Part shown: in pieces, positions 51,373-61,992 of the stretch
How the letters are laid out: each line of letters opens with the position of its first letter
Numbering within the stretch: the stretch's first letter is position 1
Assembly: GCA_964291215.2 (NCBI GenBank)
Contig: OZ219790.1
Location: forward strand, 320,001 to 384,000
Direction: 5' to 3'
From: Alphaproteobacteria bacterium
Lineage (GTDB): Bacteria > Pseudomonadota > Alphaproteobacteria > MPNO01 > UBA830
DNA: 64,000 bases
Notes under the pieces: model-generated
Seen by the model: the letters and a program-made list of their open reading frames with translations, nothing else
What the model was told of the DNA's origin: nothing
The model's database searches: none
Made by a program: the position numbers and the translations under genes

Positions 51373-51579
51373 CAATTTCCAGACATCAAGTTACAGTACC
51401 CCCGTCGACGGCAATCACGGCTTGCGGCGCGGCCGCGGCCGGCGATCGCGCACCGTTCAGACGGGGCGAGACCGGTCTTGTAGCTGTCAGATGACCGCAC
51501 GAAGCCCCGGGGCTCCCTTTGACGTTGGACTCCAGTTGTCCTAATGATGCGCTTCGAACGGGAATTCGCGGGAGGCAGC

Positions 51580-52182
51580 ATGGCCGAAACACCGGACAAT
51601 GTCGGCGGCGTCATCGTCGAGGAGAAGAGCCCGGGCGTCGGGCACAACCAGCCCAAGGAAGTGGTCTGGGAACGCTGGCAGAGAAAACGCACTTTCGTCC
51701 GTGCACTCGAGGGCACCTACGGGGAACTCCAGCAGGGCCTCATGGACCAGCCCCGGATCTACAAGTCCACCGACTGGCAGTGGAAGGGCGGACCGCAGTT
51801 CTTCGACAAGCCGATCGTCAACCCGCAGCGCACCGACATCGCGCAGTCCATCGAAACCCATCTCTCGGTCATCGCGCCCGGCGGCACCGGCCAGCGCCAC
51901 GGCCACATGAATTCGGCTCTGTTTTACGTGATCTCCGGAAAGGGCTACGACATCCACGACGGCAAGCGATACGACTACGAAGCCGGCGACATCATCATCG
52001 TGGAGAATGGCTGCGTACATCAGCACTTCAACGCCTCGGACACCGAGGATCTCGTGTGTCTGGTGATGAAGGCCAAGCCGCTGTTCCTGTTCATGCACAT
52101 GCTGTTCCAGAAGGTGGCGAAGTATCCGCCCAAGGAACCCGTTCCGGGATGGGAGCACTGGGAGCCGCCGACGGATCTCTGA
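51580..52182 (+). CDS. Cupin domain protein (metal-binding His retained)
   Basis: GGAGG RBS; RHGHMNSALFYVISGKGY and GCVHQHFN. Confidence 0.88.
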   Translation: MAETPDNVGGVIVEEKSPGVGHNQPKEVVWERWQRKRTFVRALEGTYGELQQGLMDQPRIYKSTDWQWKGGPQFFDKPIVNPQRTDIAQSIETHLSVIAPGGTGQRHGHMNSALFYVISGKGYDIHDGKRYDYEAGDIIIVENGCVHQHFNASDTEDLVCLVMKAKPLFLFMHMLFQKVAKYPPKEPVPGWEHWEPPTDL

Positions 52183-52233
52183 CCAACAGCCCACCCTATC
52201 CCCGATCCCGACAGAGCGACGAAAGAAGCACCC

Positions 52234-52836
52234 ATGGCGCATGAACGCGATATGGCCCATATGGGCGACAACCAATGCAACTGGTATGCCGAGGAGCTAG
52301 AGGATTCGGCAGAGTTCCGCAGGACCTACCGAAAACGGCTTTCGGTGGTGAAGGCTGCGGACATGCCGTTCGAGAATTCTCCGGACGGCCTTATCAAGCA
52401 CATGGTCCACGAAAAGCAGAACACCACCGAAAACTGCGTCGAGGCCTACATGCAGTTCATCCCTTCCGGCAGCCATACCGGCAAGCGCCGCATTCTCGCC
52501 GAACAGATTCTGTTCGTGCTCGACGGCCGCGGCTACGATCTCCACTGGGACGTCGAGTACGAGGTCGACATTGACTTCCACTGGTCGTGGAAGGAGGAGC
52601 CGAGAAAGTTCGAATGGGAACGTGGCGATTTCATCTTCGTGCCGGCCTACTGCATCCAGCAGCACTTCAATTCCGATCCCGACAGCGAAGCACGGCTGAT
52701 CGTGATCACGAACCGCATCTTCAAGGCGATGGGGCTCAACTGGCTCGAACAGATCGAGAATGCGCCCGCGTATGAGGGTGATCTTGAGCCGATGCTGGCC
52801 GGCCCCGGATGGGTTCCGGACACCCGCGACGACTGA
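52234..52836 (+). CDS. Cupin domain protein (degenerate metal motif)
   Basis: GKRRILAEQILFVLDGRGYDLHWD and PAYCIQQHFN. Confidence 0.85.
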   Translation: MAHERDMAHMGDNQCNWYAEELEDSAEFRRTYRKRLSVVKAADMPFENSPDGLIKHMVHEKQNTTENCVEAYMQFIPSGSHTGKRRILAEQILFVLDGRGYDLHWDVEYEVDIDFHWSWKEEPRKFEWERGDFIFVPAYCIQQHFNSDPDSEARLIVITNRIFKAMGLNWLEQIENAPAYEGDLEPMLAGPGWVPDTRDD

Positions 52837-52869
52837 GCGGAAGGACGGGCGGCTCCACGCCGCACAGGA

Positions 52870-53340
52870 TCAGCCGCGCACGCGCCCTTCGAAACGATCG
52901 ACCGCATCGATGTCGAGCTTGCGCGGATTGACGTCGACGCGTGCGTTCTTCACCTCGCGGTCGAAGGCCACCACCTGGAGGAGTTCCAGATCCTCGTTGC
53001 CGCAGCTCTCGAACCAGTACTGAGCATTTCGCGGCATCACGATTCCTTCGTGACGTCCGAATTCGCCGAGCACCTCGTCGCCGGGCCCGTAGAAGCGCAC
53101 CCTGCCCTGCAGCACCATCCAGAAACCGTCCATCCCGGTATGTGAATGGAGGTTGTTGTCGCCGCCTTCCCTCACAACCTGAACGGCGCCGCGGATGATG
53201 TCGGTCTGGCACAGGGACACGATCGCCTTTTCCGTCTCCTGGCTCCCGGGCTTGGCATAAGAGAATTTCTGGGGCTCACGCGGCGGCGCGTTCCTCGGCC
53301 GGGCCGACTTGCGTGCCGACATGGTGCCTGTTTCGACCAT
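52870..53340 (-). CDS. Cupin domain protein
   Basis: GGDNNLHSHTGMDGFWMVLQG, PRNAQYWF. Confidence 0.82.
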   Translation of the reverse strand: MVETGTMSARKSARPRNAPPREPQKFSYAKPGSQETEKAIVSLCQTDIIRGAVQVVREGGDNNLHSHTGMDGFWMVLQGRVRFYGPGDEVLGEFGRHEGIVMPRNAQYWFESCGNEDLELLQVVAFDREVKNARVDVNPRKLDIDAVDRFEGRVRG

Positions 53341-53460
53341 GATTTTGCCTCCGGTCGCTGCGCGGCGATAATTCGAGCTTGCTGTTTATGCCGAAGTTCC
53401 AGCGCCGATCAGACGTATCGTTATGAATGTATTGACGTTTGAGAGAATTGGGTGTGTCGC

Positions 53461-55590
53461 TACCGGGAACGCTACAGGCGCACGCCCAGGAGTTTGAGTG
53501 CCCTTCTCTGGAGCGGCGCGGGCCGCGTGGTGACCTGGAAGGGTTCGGCGCCCGCAAGGCGGGGCGCCACGGTGTTGCGAGTGGCGAGATCATCGATGAG
53601 GGTACGGAAGCTGTGCCACCCCCGGGCGTCCTCCTGGTTGCCGTCTTGGCCCGGGCGCTCGCCGAGACTTCTGCCGGCGCCACGACGGACGGCCGCCTCC
53701 GGCATCCTCGTCGTCGAACAGCAGGGGCTTCAGTTTTTGATTACGCAACCTGATGTTTGGAAATTGTCGTGAAGCTGATCGAGCTGTTCCCATTTGATCT
53801 TGGTTTCAGTTTCCCATTTTTCCTCAACGAGGACCGCGGTTGAGAGGCGCTCCAACGAGGCGAGGTTCGGAAAGACCCTGACTTTGGAGGTGCGCCGCTT
53901 GAGCTCTTGCTGGATCGGTCGCTCGATGCCGTTCGAGGTTCGCATACGCTTGTGGTGAGCATCGGGCAAGGTGAAGACAGCGAGCCCCGCATTGTTTTTC
54001 AGCCAGGAAGCCTGGATGCTTGTCGCTGGCCACGAGGGCGCCCAGTTCAGCCTCGGCGGTTTGGAGTGAGGAGGCGTGGCTCCGAGCTGTTTTCCAATAC
54101 GTTTCCTGATGTCGTTGTTCGGTGCACGGCGTTTTGTGCCAAGTGGAACTGGCAGCGCTGCCATGTCGCCGCGCCCAGCACCGTGCCGCTTTCAACCCGG
54201 CATCCGAGACGATGAAGGTCGTACCATGCAGGGCTAGCAAGCTTTCCAGGAAGGCTCTCCAATGGACCTCGGCCTCGGAGAGCGCCACAGAGAGCCCCGG
54301 AACGTGCCTGCAGCCCCTATTCCGATGGCCGAGAGTACCGCGACATCGCGCACAACGCCGTCATGGCGGGCTTTTTCATAGCGCGCATCCAGGTATTTCA
54401 TCAGGGACCGGTTGCGCCAGGCAGCGAGTTCTTCATCGAGCAACCTGGTGGCCCGGCTGACCTGAGAAGGGGACAGGCTCCCGAACTCGCGCATTACATC
54501 CTGCCGCGTGGAAACACCCTTGATGTACATCTCGGCTACGGCGCGAGAAGATCGCTGGCCGCGTTCAAGCGACTGGGGGGTCGTCCCCGTGACCGTTTGG
54601 CACCTGAACGGTAACAGTGGGGGTTGTCGATCCGCTTGTAGCCGTTGGCCCTGTCGCTCCGGTGTCCGGTGGCCCACTTTCAAGTACTGCTCGCGCTCGA
54701 TTTGCATCGCAAGCTCGAAGAGCTGGCCAAAGACCCGCCCCAGATCCGTTGCTCCGTTTGCGATCAGATGTTCCAAAACAGTCCCGATCGTCGTAGTGTG
54801 TCGCAGGTCCATTCGCTTCCTCCATGAATGTTTTACAACTCCATGGGATAGTACGATGGCGCCGCGTTTCACTGGGGGGCTGGCCCCCAGTGAAACGCCT
54901 CAAAGCGCAAACCTCAGACAAATTTCCAGACATCAAGTTATAGTACCGCGCCAGCCAATCCAACGGTCCGGCGGTGCACAGCCGAGGGCGCCCGTCTGCC
55001 AGCCCGCAGCGCCAATCCACCGCCCGCGCCAGGTGAACACGTAGCGCAGACCTCGACCGGCAAACTGCTTGAAACCAAGATACGGTCAACCACACGGTTC
55101 CAGCGGCACCAGGCCGCGCAAGGCGCACAACCACATCCCGGAGCGAAAAATCCTCCGGAGTCGTCTTAGAAAAATCCGCTGCCCCCACGACAACGGATAC
55201 TGCGCCGCTTCACAAAAAGCCGGCAAAAATGCGAAGCATCCTGAACAAGCAAAACCGACCCTTCCAACAAACCTGGCGTGGGATCACCGTGCCCGGGAAC
55301 AGGTCACGTTCTACTACAACATGGGCAACCAGGGCCTCCAGTTTGCCGCGGTCGGAGGCCTCGTTCTCGAAAAGGACAGATCGGCTGGCACCGGGCGCAA
55401 CCTCCCGACAGGCTGGTTCCTTCAGGATGTGCGCGACTGACCGCCAACGAGCCGCAAGACTGCTGGAGCAGAGCCAACAAGGCTCAAGGCAGCAATCCGC
55501 TCAAGCAGTCTGCGCGTACTCGCTGTTCCGCAGGTTCCCGATCTGGCTTTCAACGATCCGCCCCGGGACCGGTAGCAGGCTCGCCGTGAC
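53461..55590. mobile_element. Stacked IS debris: IS1634 3' end, degraded IS256 (~53740-54946), unidentified transposase remnant
   Basis: HSFRTLIDDLAT..QRRALKLLGV; EMYIKGVSTR, YLDARYEK, RTSNGIERPIQQELKRRT; inverted ends at 53740 and 54946. Confidence 0.8.
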
Positions 55591-55591
55591 C

Positions 55592-56458
55592 TCAGGCGGC
55601 AAGTCCGTGACCGGCGAGATAGTTCTCCATCACCCGGACGCAGGCTTCAGGTTTCTCGAGCTGCAGCATGTGGCTGGTGCCGGGGATCGCGATGTAATCG
55701 TAGCCACCTTCTTCCGCCATCGCCTTGTTGGCGGTGGCGGTGGGTGAAGGCCGCCCAACATCAGCGTCAGCCCCAACGAGGAGAACTGGGCCGCCGAATT
55801 CCGATGCCTTCGGCCAGAGGCCCATCTGGATGTTCGCAACATAGGTCTCTGCCTCGATCCCGCCCGGGTAGCACAGTTCCCAGCCATCTTCGGCGGGGCG
55901 CAGGATCGAGCGAGCCATCAGACCGTGAGCTCCCGCAATCCATTTCCGGGCCGCCCGCCCGCTGGCGTATTCGGCCTCCTGTTCGGAAGGATCGGAGAAC
56001 CACGAGGGCCGCGCCTTCGCCCAGTCGGCAAGCCGGTATTCGAACTTGACCATCATGTCGTATAACCGATGGCCTTTGGGCGGGATGTCCGGCGGATCGA
56101 ACAGCACCAGCGCGTCCCATCGCCATCCAGTCTCGACCGCATCCTTCATGGCGGCGCGGCCAGACATCGAATGGAAGGCGCCCACCGAAGGCTTGGCGCC
56201 GAACTGTTCGGAAATCGCGGTGTGAACCTCTCCTATGTCGCGCGCCATGTGGTCGTAATCATGGTTGGGAGTCTCGGACGGAGGGTTGCGGCCATGGTTC
56301 CGCATGTCGAACACGACGACATCGTAGCGCGGACAGAGGAGTTGCCAGAACGGCAAGTAGCCGTCTATGGCGAATCCGTTTCCGTGGCTGGCAAAGATTC
56401 GCAGGCGGGCGTCAGGGTCGCCGTGACGGCGCACGACTATCTGAGCCCCGTCGGCCAT
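55592..56458 (-). CDS. Alpha/beta hydrolase
   Basis: HGNGF, DMRNHG, FHSMSG nucleophile elbow, SHMLQLEKP. Confidence 0.88.
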   Translation of the reverse strand: MADGAQIVVRRHGDPDARLRIFASHGNGFAIDGYLPFWQLLCPRYDVVVFDMRNHGRNPPSETPNHDYDHMARDIGEVHTAISEQFGAKPSVGAFHSMSGRAAMKDAVETGWRWDALVLFDPPDIPPKGHRLYDMMVKFEYRLADWAKARPSWFSDPSEQEAEYASGRAARKWIAGAHGLMARSILRPAEDGWELCYPGGIEAETYVANIQMGLWPKASEFGGPVLLVGADADVGRPSPTATANKAMAEEGGYDYIAIPGTSHMLQLEKPEACVRVMENYLAGHGLAA

Positions 56459-56584
56459 CGTCAGGTTCGCGACGGCGACGGGCTCCGGAACTTCGAGAAT
56501 GCTCAGCGGATGATACTCCCTGCTCCACGCGACGGGCGCACGACGGGTTCTCTATACTCGAACGACGCGCGCCGGCCAAACGGA

Positions 56585-56938
56585 TCAGGTCGTCACCGAC
56601 AGGAAATTCTCGCTGATCCCAGGACCGTACCAGAAGACCGCGCACCCGCTCTCGGTCCAGATAGGCACCGGCCGGTCGGGATGAAAGACGTAACCGCTGC
56701 AGAAGTCCTCGTTGCGGTTGTCCGCAGGGCCGAAGAACGGGATTGTCCCGCCACATGCGATCCCGTGCCGGATCGGTCCGATATCAAACGACACGCGATC
56801 CCTGGCGATGAGGTCGCACAAGGCTGGATGTGCTGGCCGGAACTCGGTGAAGAACGGGGGTGAGCCTTTCTCCAGCAAGCGGAAGAAGGCGACATCGTGC
56901 GACCTGGTCGCGGTGGCCAGGAACGCGCCAATCATCAA
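56585..56938 (-). CDS. Hypothetical protein
   Basis: Co-oriented ORF filling the gap between GH3 and the hydrolase; no recognised motif. Confidence 0.35.
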   Translation of the reverse strand: MMIGAFLATATRSHDVAFFRLLEKGSPPFFTEFRPAHPALCDLIARDRVSFDIGPIRHGIACGGTIPFFGPADNRNEDFCSGYVFHPDRPVPIWTESGCAVFWYGPGISENFLSVTT

Positions 56939-56970
56939 TTCCCGGTCCGGATCCCGCCGCGCGGAAGGCG

Positions 56971-58554
56971 CTACGCGTTCCGGGATGGGCAGCCCGATTT
57001 ATCAAGGTTTGCGGACCGGTCCGAGGACGATATGCCGGCAAATGCCATGAGGTCGTGAAACAGGTTCGTGTCATTGACGATACGCGGCACCTTGTGCTGG
57101 CCGCCCAGTTGGCCGCGGCGCTTCATCCAGCTCGCAAATGTGCCGGACGGAACCGCATGGACGCGCGGCGCATCAAGACCATAGCCGCCGGCGCGGTGAA
57201 CGCCGTAGTCCTCATTGGCCTCCGAAAGCGCCTGGTCGAGCACAGCCGCAAAACGCTCGAGAAGATCAACCGACGGCACCCCGCCCGCAAACTCCAGGAC
57301 ATAAGCGTGGCCGCCGAGCCTGCCCGGGCGCGCGGGAAATACTGGCGCGACAGCATAATCGCTGACGTCGCCGCCGACGGCGTCTGCGGCGGCCGCCACC
57401 GCATCCGCGATTTCCTCCTCGATCAAGTGCTCGCCAAACGCTGAAAGCGTGTAGGCGGTGCGGCCAGTAACGAGAATGCGCGGTGGATCGAGATCCGTAA
57501 ATGTCACCGTGTCGCCGACGACATGGCCCCACAAGCCGGCACATGTGCTGACGACAATCGCGTAGTTGACGCCGACCTCCACATCGGCGAGCCAACGGCG
57601 CGGCGGATCGTCCCGGCCGAGGGCTTCGGGGGCAACGAATTCGTAGAACTGTCCGGTATCGACGATCAATCTCATGCCCTCACCGTCTCCCCTATCGGCG
57701 TTGGCGAAATAGCCTTCGCTCGCAGCATAGACCTCTCGGGTCTCCGCCCGGCTGTTCTCGAGGAGCCGCGCGAAACGCTTGCGATAGGGCGCGAAATTGA
57801 CGCCGCCATGCGCCAGCATTTCGAGCCGCGGGAAGTGGGCGTCGAGGCAGTCGCCCGCGCCGGGATTGAGCGCGTCGAGGCGGTCGAACAGAATCAGGAG
57901 CCAGCTGGGCGTGCCGCTGATCGCGCGGATGTCCTTGTCGAGGATTGACGCTGCTATCGCCTCGACCTTGCATTCCCAGTCGGCGATTGCGCCGATCTCG
58001 TCAGGCGGAAAATAGCGCCGCCGCGCCCACCATGGAAGCTCGCGCGCCGCGATGCCGCTAAGATCGCCGCTTGCCACCCCGGGTGCCTGCGAGACGAGCG
58101 CCGTGCTGCCGCCAAGCAGGAAGCTCCGGCCCGCGAGAATGCGCGACCGCGGTCGGTTTGCGACATGATGGGCGTAGAGATCGAGTCCCGCCCGCCTGTT
58201 CGCCGCCATCATCGCCGCCGTAAGCGGAATATATTTTGTCCGGCCAGAGGTCGTGCCCGAGGTCACAGCGAAGAACGGCACGGTACCGGGCCAGGTAACG
58301 TTGTGAAGCGCCGGGAACAGATCCTGCCAGTAGGCGCTCCACGTTTCCTCGAACCGCCGGAGCGGCACCCGGGCCTGAAACGCGGCGACGCTGTCGATTG
58401 CCCGGAAATCGTGGTCGCGCCCGAACCTCGTGTCGTGCGCCTGCTTCACGAGGCGGAGCAACAGCCGCTCCTGCTCGCGCGCCCCGTTCTGGCCGGCAAG
58501 CCGGGCTGCGTGCCGCCGCGCGTAGAGCCGCAGAAGGCCGGTAGCGTCGATCAT
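56971..58554 (-). CDS. GH3-family acyl-acid amido synthetase-like protein
   Basis: TSGTTSGRTKYIP, GDLSGI, EVYAASEG, YEF, GGQHKVPR. Confidence 0.92.
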   Translation of the reverse strand: MIDATGLLRLYARRHAARLAGQNGAREQERLLLRLVKQAHDTRFGRDHDFRAIDSVAAFQARVPLRRFEETWSAYWQDLFPALHNVTWPGTVPFFAVTSGTTSGRTKYIPLTAAMMAANRRAGLDLYAHHVANRPRSRILAGRSFLLGGSTALVSQAPGVASGDLSGIAARELPWWARRRYFPPDEIGAIADWECKVEAIAASILDKDIRAISGTPSWLLILFDRLDALNPGAGDCLDAHFPRLEMLAHGGVNFAPYRKRFARLLENSRAETREVYAASEGYFANADRGDGEGMRLIVDTGQFYEFVAPEALGRDDPPRRWLADVEVGVNYAIVVSTCAGLWGHVVGDTVTFTDLDPPRILVTGRTAYTLSAFGEHLIEEEIADAVAAAADAVGGDVSDYAVAPVFPARPGRLGGHAYVLEFAGGVPSVDLLERFAAVLDQALSEANEDYGVHRAGGYGLDAPRVHAVPSGTFASWMKRRGQLGGQHKVPRIVNDTNLFHDLMAFAGISSSDRSANLDKSGCPSRNA

Positions 58555-58586
58555 GGCCGGCGCGGCTCCACGGCGAACACCCGCAG

Positions 58587-60896
58587 CTACGCGCCAAGCT
58601 CGATGCGGTGCGCAAACCGTTCGCGCACCGTCTCGATGCGTAGCGGCATCTCGATATAGGCGCCGGACAGCCAGAGCTGAGCCTGATCGAGAAAGGACGC
58701 GCTGTTGAAATGGCCGTCCTGACCGCCTAGCAACACGAAATAGTTGCGATCGGGATCGGACATGTCCGAGATGTGGCGGGCGTTGGACCCGTAGCGCGTG
58801 AAATGGCGCTCACCGGTGGCCCCATGGGCGGTCTTCATCAGCGTGTCGCTGCTGCCGCCGACCGCCATGTCGGCAAAACGGTAGCGATCACCGATCAGTG
58901 GAACAAAGGAGAGCGGATGGGCAAGGCCAAGCCGGTGCATGGCGCCCCACTCCGGGAATTCCTCGACCGCCCGGGCGGCGGCCGACAGCGCCAGTTCCAG
59001 GGCCGGGTCAAGATCCCCTTCGCCGGTGCGCTCCATGTCGGCAATCATCAGTTGCCGAATTCCGGCAATATTGGCAAACGCGGCCCAGTCCTCCTCGCCC
59101 ATCGCTGCCTCGTAGAACGCCCGCGCGAACGCATCACGAAACGCCTCGAAGGCGACGGCGCCCTGCGATCCGCGACGATAAAGACCGTCCCAGCCGCGCA
59201 TCGCCGCGACGGCCTTGGCCCTGGCGCTGTCGGCGCCGACGGCCAAACCCGACCTATCGAGCCTGTCCAGCAGCGCGTCGCGCAGCGCCACCGAAGACGG
59301 CATGTAGACATCCTGCTGAAGCGCCTTGATGTCGTCGATTCCGACGGGGCCACCGCCCAGCAGTTCGGTCATGCGCTCCACCCGGTCGTCCGGCGAGAAG
59401 AAATAACCGACATGGATGTCGGTCTGGACCGGTCGATTGTTGGCCGACACCAGGAAACCCTGCTCCGGATTGAAGCTGAAAGGAAGCTCGTCCGCCCCCA
59501 GCATCCTGTTCCATGCCGCCTCACGCTGCCCGCTCTCGAGAACGATATCCTTGGGAAGCGGCCCCCGCCGGTCCGGCAGGCTCACCGCCATCACCTGGCC
59601 GATATTGCCGTCATTGTCGGCGTAGAGCATGTTCTGGCCTGGCACGGCAAAGGTGGAAAACGCATCGCGGAAATCCGCGAAGTTGCGCGCGCGGCTGACC
59701 CGGAGCATGGCCGTGATCTCGTCGCTGGCCTCGTGGCCGGTCCAGCGCAGTGCAAATGGGCGCGACACCTTGCCCGCCAGCTGCGGCGCGTCGCTCAGGA
59801 CCGGGCCCCATTTGGTTTCGCGAATCTCGATCTCGCGGTCGAACCACCAGCGCACGCCAATACGTTCGCGCCGGGTTGTGATCTCGGCAGTCCCGACCTC
59901 GTATAGATCGCTGGACGCAGCGCGCATGTTGGTGCCGCCCCACGCCATCCAGGGGTTGCGGCCGATCGCAAAGAACGGCAGTCCGGGCACCATGAGTCCG
60001 ACCGCATGGTAAGACGGAGACTTGATCCCCGCGAGCAGCCAGGTATTGGGCAGGAAGATCCCGAGATGCGGATCGTTGGCCATGATCGCAGCGCCGGTGG
60101 CGCTTCGGGCCGACGCCACGGCAAGGCTGTTGCTGCCGGACCGGCTCAGGGAACCGAGCAACGCATTCAGGCGCCCGGCCCCACCGTCGGAGCCGAAGCT
60201 GGTCAGCGAATCCGATCCGTGCGCGACCAGCCGCGCCCACAGGGCCGGCCAGTCGGCTCGGTCGCGAAGGCGGAGGAGATTGAACCAGACCAGCCAGTTG
60301 ACATCGGTCCCGGTCAGACGGCCAAAGGTCAGGACATCACGAATCGTCCATGGTTCGCGCTGCAACCCCAGCAAACCGAATTCATGAGGTAGTTTATGAG
60401 TTTTCTTCTGATAATGGTTGATTCCCTGAACAAATCGTGTGAGCCAATCCCTCGTCTCCTGCGGGAGAATCGCCTCGATCTTCGCCGACGCGCGGCCGAA
60501 ATCGAGGATGCGGAGACCGTGATCAATATCGGTTGCGAGCATGCCTCCCATCTCGGCGATGCGACCTTGGGAAACGCGTCGGTAGATTTCCATCTGGCCG
60601 AGCCGCAGATGAGCATGCACGAGGCCGAGAACAAATGCAGCGTCGCCGTCATGGTCGGCCTCGATGAACGGAATCTGGTTTTCGTTCCAATGAACGACCA
60701 CGCGCCCCTGAAGCAACAGGCCGGTTGTGGGGAAGACGGCCAGGCGCTCTTCGACAGTGGTCGGTTCCGGCAACGGCGCAAGCAGGGCGCAGCCGCAGAG
60801 CAAGCTGCCGACAATGGCGGAACCGACCGGCAGAAGCCGGTTTCGGCGTTTCCGCCCGGGAAAGGATCCAGCAGGTTTCGCAGCTAACTCGGGCAT
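58587..60896 (-). CDS. Penicillin acylase family Ntn-hydrolase (probable lipoprotein)
   Basis: AGGAG RBS; LLCGC lipobox-like; GSNSLAV autoproteolysis site, ANDPHL, QNMLYAD, SANN. Confidence 0.92.
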   Translation of the reverse strand: MPELAAKPAGSFPGRKRRNRLLPVGSAIVGSLLCGCALLAPLPEPTTVEERLAVFPTTGLLLQGRVVVHWNENQIPFIEADHDGDAAFVLGLVHAHLRLGQMEIYRRVSQGRIAEMGGMLATDIDHGLRILDFGRASAKIEAILPQETRDWLTRFVQGINHYQKKTHKLPHEFGLLGLQREPWTIRDVLTFGRLTGTDVNWLVWFNLLRLRDRADWPALWARLVAHGSDSLTSFGSDGGAGRLNALLGSLSRSGSNSLAVASARSATGAAIMANDPHLGIFLPNTWLLAGIKSPSYHAVGLMVPGLPFFAIGRNPWMAWGGTNMRAASSDLYEVGTAEITTRRERIGVRWWFDREIEIRETKWGPVLSDAPQLAGKVSRPFALRWTGHEASDEITAMLRVSRARNFADFRDAFSTFAVPGQNMLYADNDGNIGQVMAVSLPDRRGPLPKDIVLESGQREAAWNRMLGADELPFSFNPEQGFLVSANNRPVQTDIHVGYFFSPDDRVERMTELLGGGPVGIDDIKALQQDVYMPSSVALRDALLDRLDRSGLAVGADSARAKAVAAMRGWDGLYRRGSQGAVAFEAFRDAFARAFYEAAMGEEDWAAFANIAGIRQLMIADMERTGEGDLDPALELALSAAARAVEEFPEWGAMHRLGLAHPLSFVPLIGDRYRFADMAVGGSSDTLMKTAHGATGERHFTRYGSNARHISDMSDPDRNYFVLLGGQDGHFNSASFLDQAQLWLSGAYIEMPLRIETVRERFAHRIELGA

Positions 60897-61492
60897 GTCG
60901 TTGCTCCTGTTGTCGGACGGGTGGAGGGTCCTGCCCGGCGGTAAACGAATGGTCATGATATGGCTTTTGCGCCCGGTATTGGCAAGAAGCTGTGCTACGA
61001 CATGATCGCGCATCTTTCCCGAGACGCATGCAACGACCGCACACCGTTGCGCCGAGGCCGGATGAGAGACTCCTTTTAGCCTCGCGCGTGGAACGCGGCC
61101 GGTGTCATCGCCAAACCGGCAAATCTACTGAACGTCGGGGTCTGATCGGCTACGGTTGAGGGGCGCACACCCAATACCATCAAACAATTCGAGCGGAACC
61201 GACGGAATCCCCATCCGAAAGTGTGCAAACGCTCACATCACCCGACGCAGAAAAACCACCGCCGCGGAACGCGGCTCAGTTCAAAGCATGTTGGCGACAT
61301 CACGCACCGACACGGTTGCGCCTCCGCCCGGCCGGTACTAGCATGACCGGCACACTGCGAGATCCTGACCAGGTCCTCCTTCGCACCCCGAAACCAGAGA
61401 CGGGACCGGCCGGTCCGGCAGTCGGTTCACAACCGTTGCCATCCGGCAACCACCATCAACTTCGCCGTCCGGCGACAAGCGGAGAACCAGCC

Positions 61493-61780
61493 ATGGCTGC
61501 ATACATCATCACCAACACCGAAGTCTTCGACAACGATGCCTACGGCGAATACGGCAAGCTTGCCCCTGACGCGATCCGAAAATATGGCGGCGAATTCCTC
61601 ACGCGCGGCGGCGCGGCCGAGGTTCTGGAGGGGGGCTGGACCGCACACCGGGTCGTCGTCGTGCGCTTCGACAACGTCGAACAGGCGAAAACAATGTACA
61701 ACTCCCCCGAGTATCAGGCAGCCAAGGCCAAGCGCGAGGGAGCGGCGGACTTCAACATGATGGTCGTCGAGGGCCTCTGA
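61493..61780 (+). CDS. DUF1330 family protein
   Basis: MAAYII..YGGEFLTRGG..EGGW..YNSPEYQ..VVEG. Confidence 0.9.
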   Translation: MAAYIITNTEVFDNDAYGEYGKLAPDAIRKYGGEFLTRGGAAEVLEGGWTAHRVVVVRFDNVEQAKTMYNSPEYQAAKAKREGAADFNMMVVEGL

Positions 61781-61803
61781 CCGCACCGGCGGCGGCGCAT
61801 GCC

Positions 61804-61992
61804 TCACCCTCCCGACGTCATGAACAGATAGACGGAAGCGGCCGTCAGGATCAGCCCGCCGTTGAGTGGCCAGAAGCCGCGTCGGCGGGCCCGGTCATCG
61901 AGTTTCCTATCAGCCAGCATCCGAAGCCCCATCACCACCAGCAGCACGCCGGCGCCCAGCATGGCACCAAGGATCAACGGTCCCGCATTCAT
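61804..61992 (-). CDS. Small two-helix membrane protein
   Basis: MNAGPLILGAMLGAGVLLVVMGL..GLILTAASVYLF; ATGA overlap with the upstream gene. Confidence 0.65.
   Translation of the reverse strand: MNAGPLILGAMLGAGVLLVVMGLRMLADRKLDDRARRRGFWPLNGGLILTAASVYLFMTSGG

Noticed and set aside
11734-55590. CRISPR array or retron from recurring short sequences
   Set aside because: The repeats are dispersed IS ends, not regularly spaced; no cas or reverse transcriptase genes were seen.
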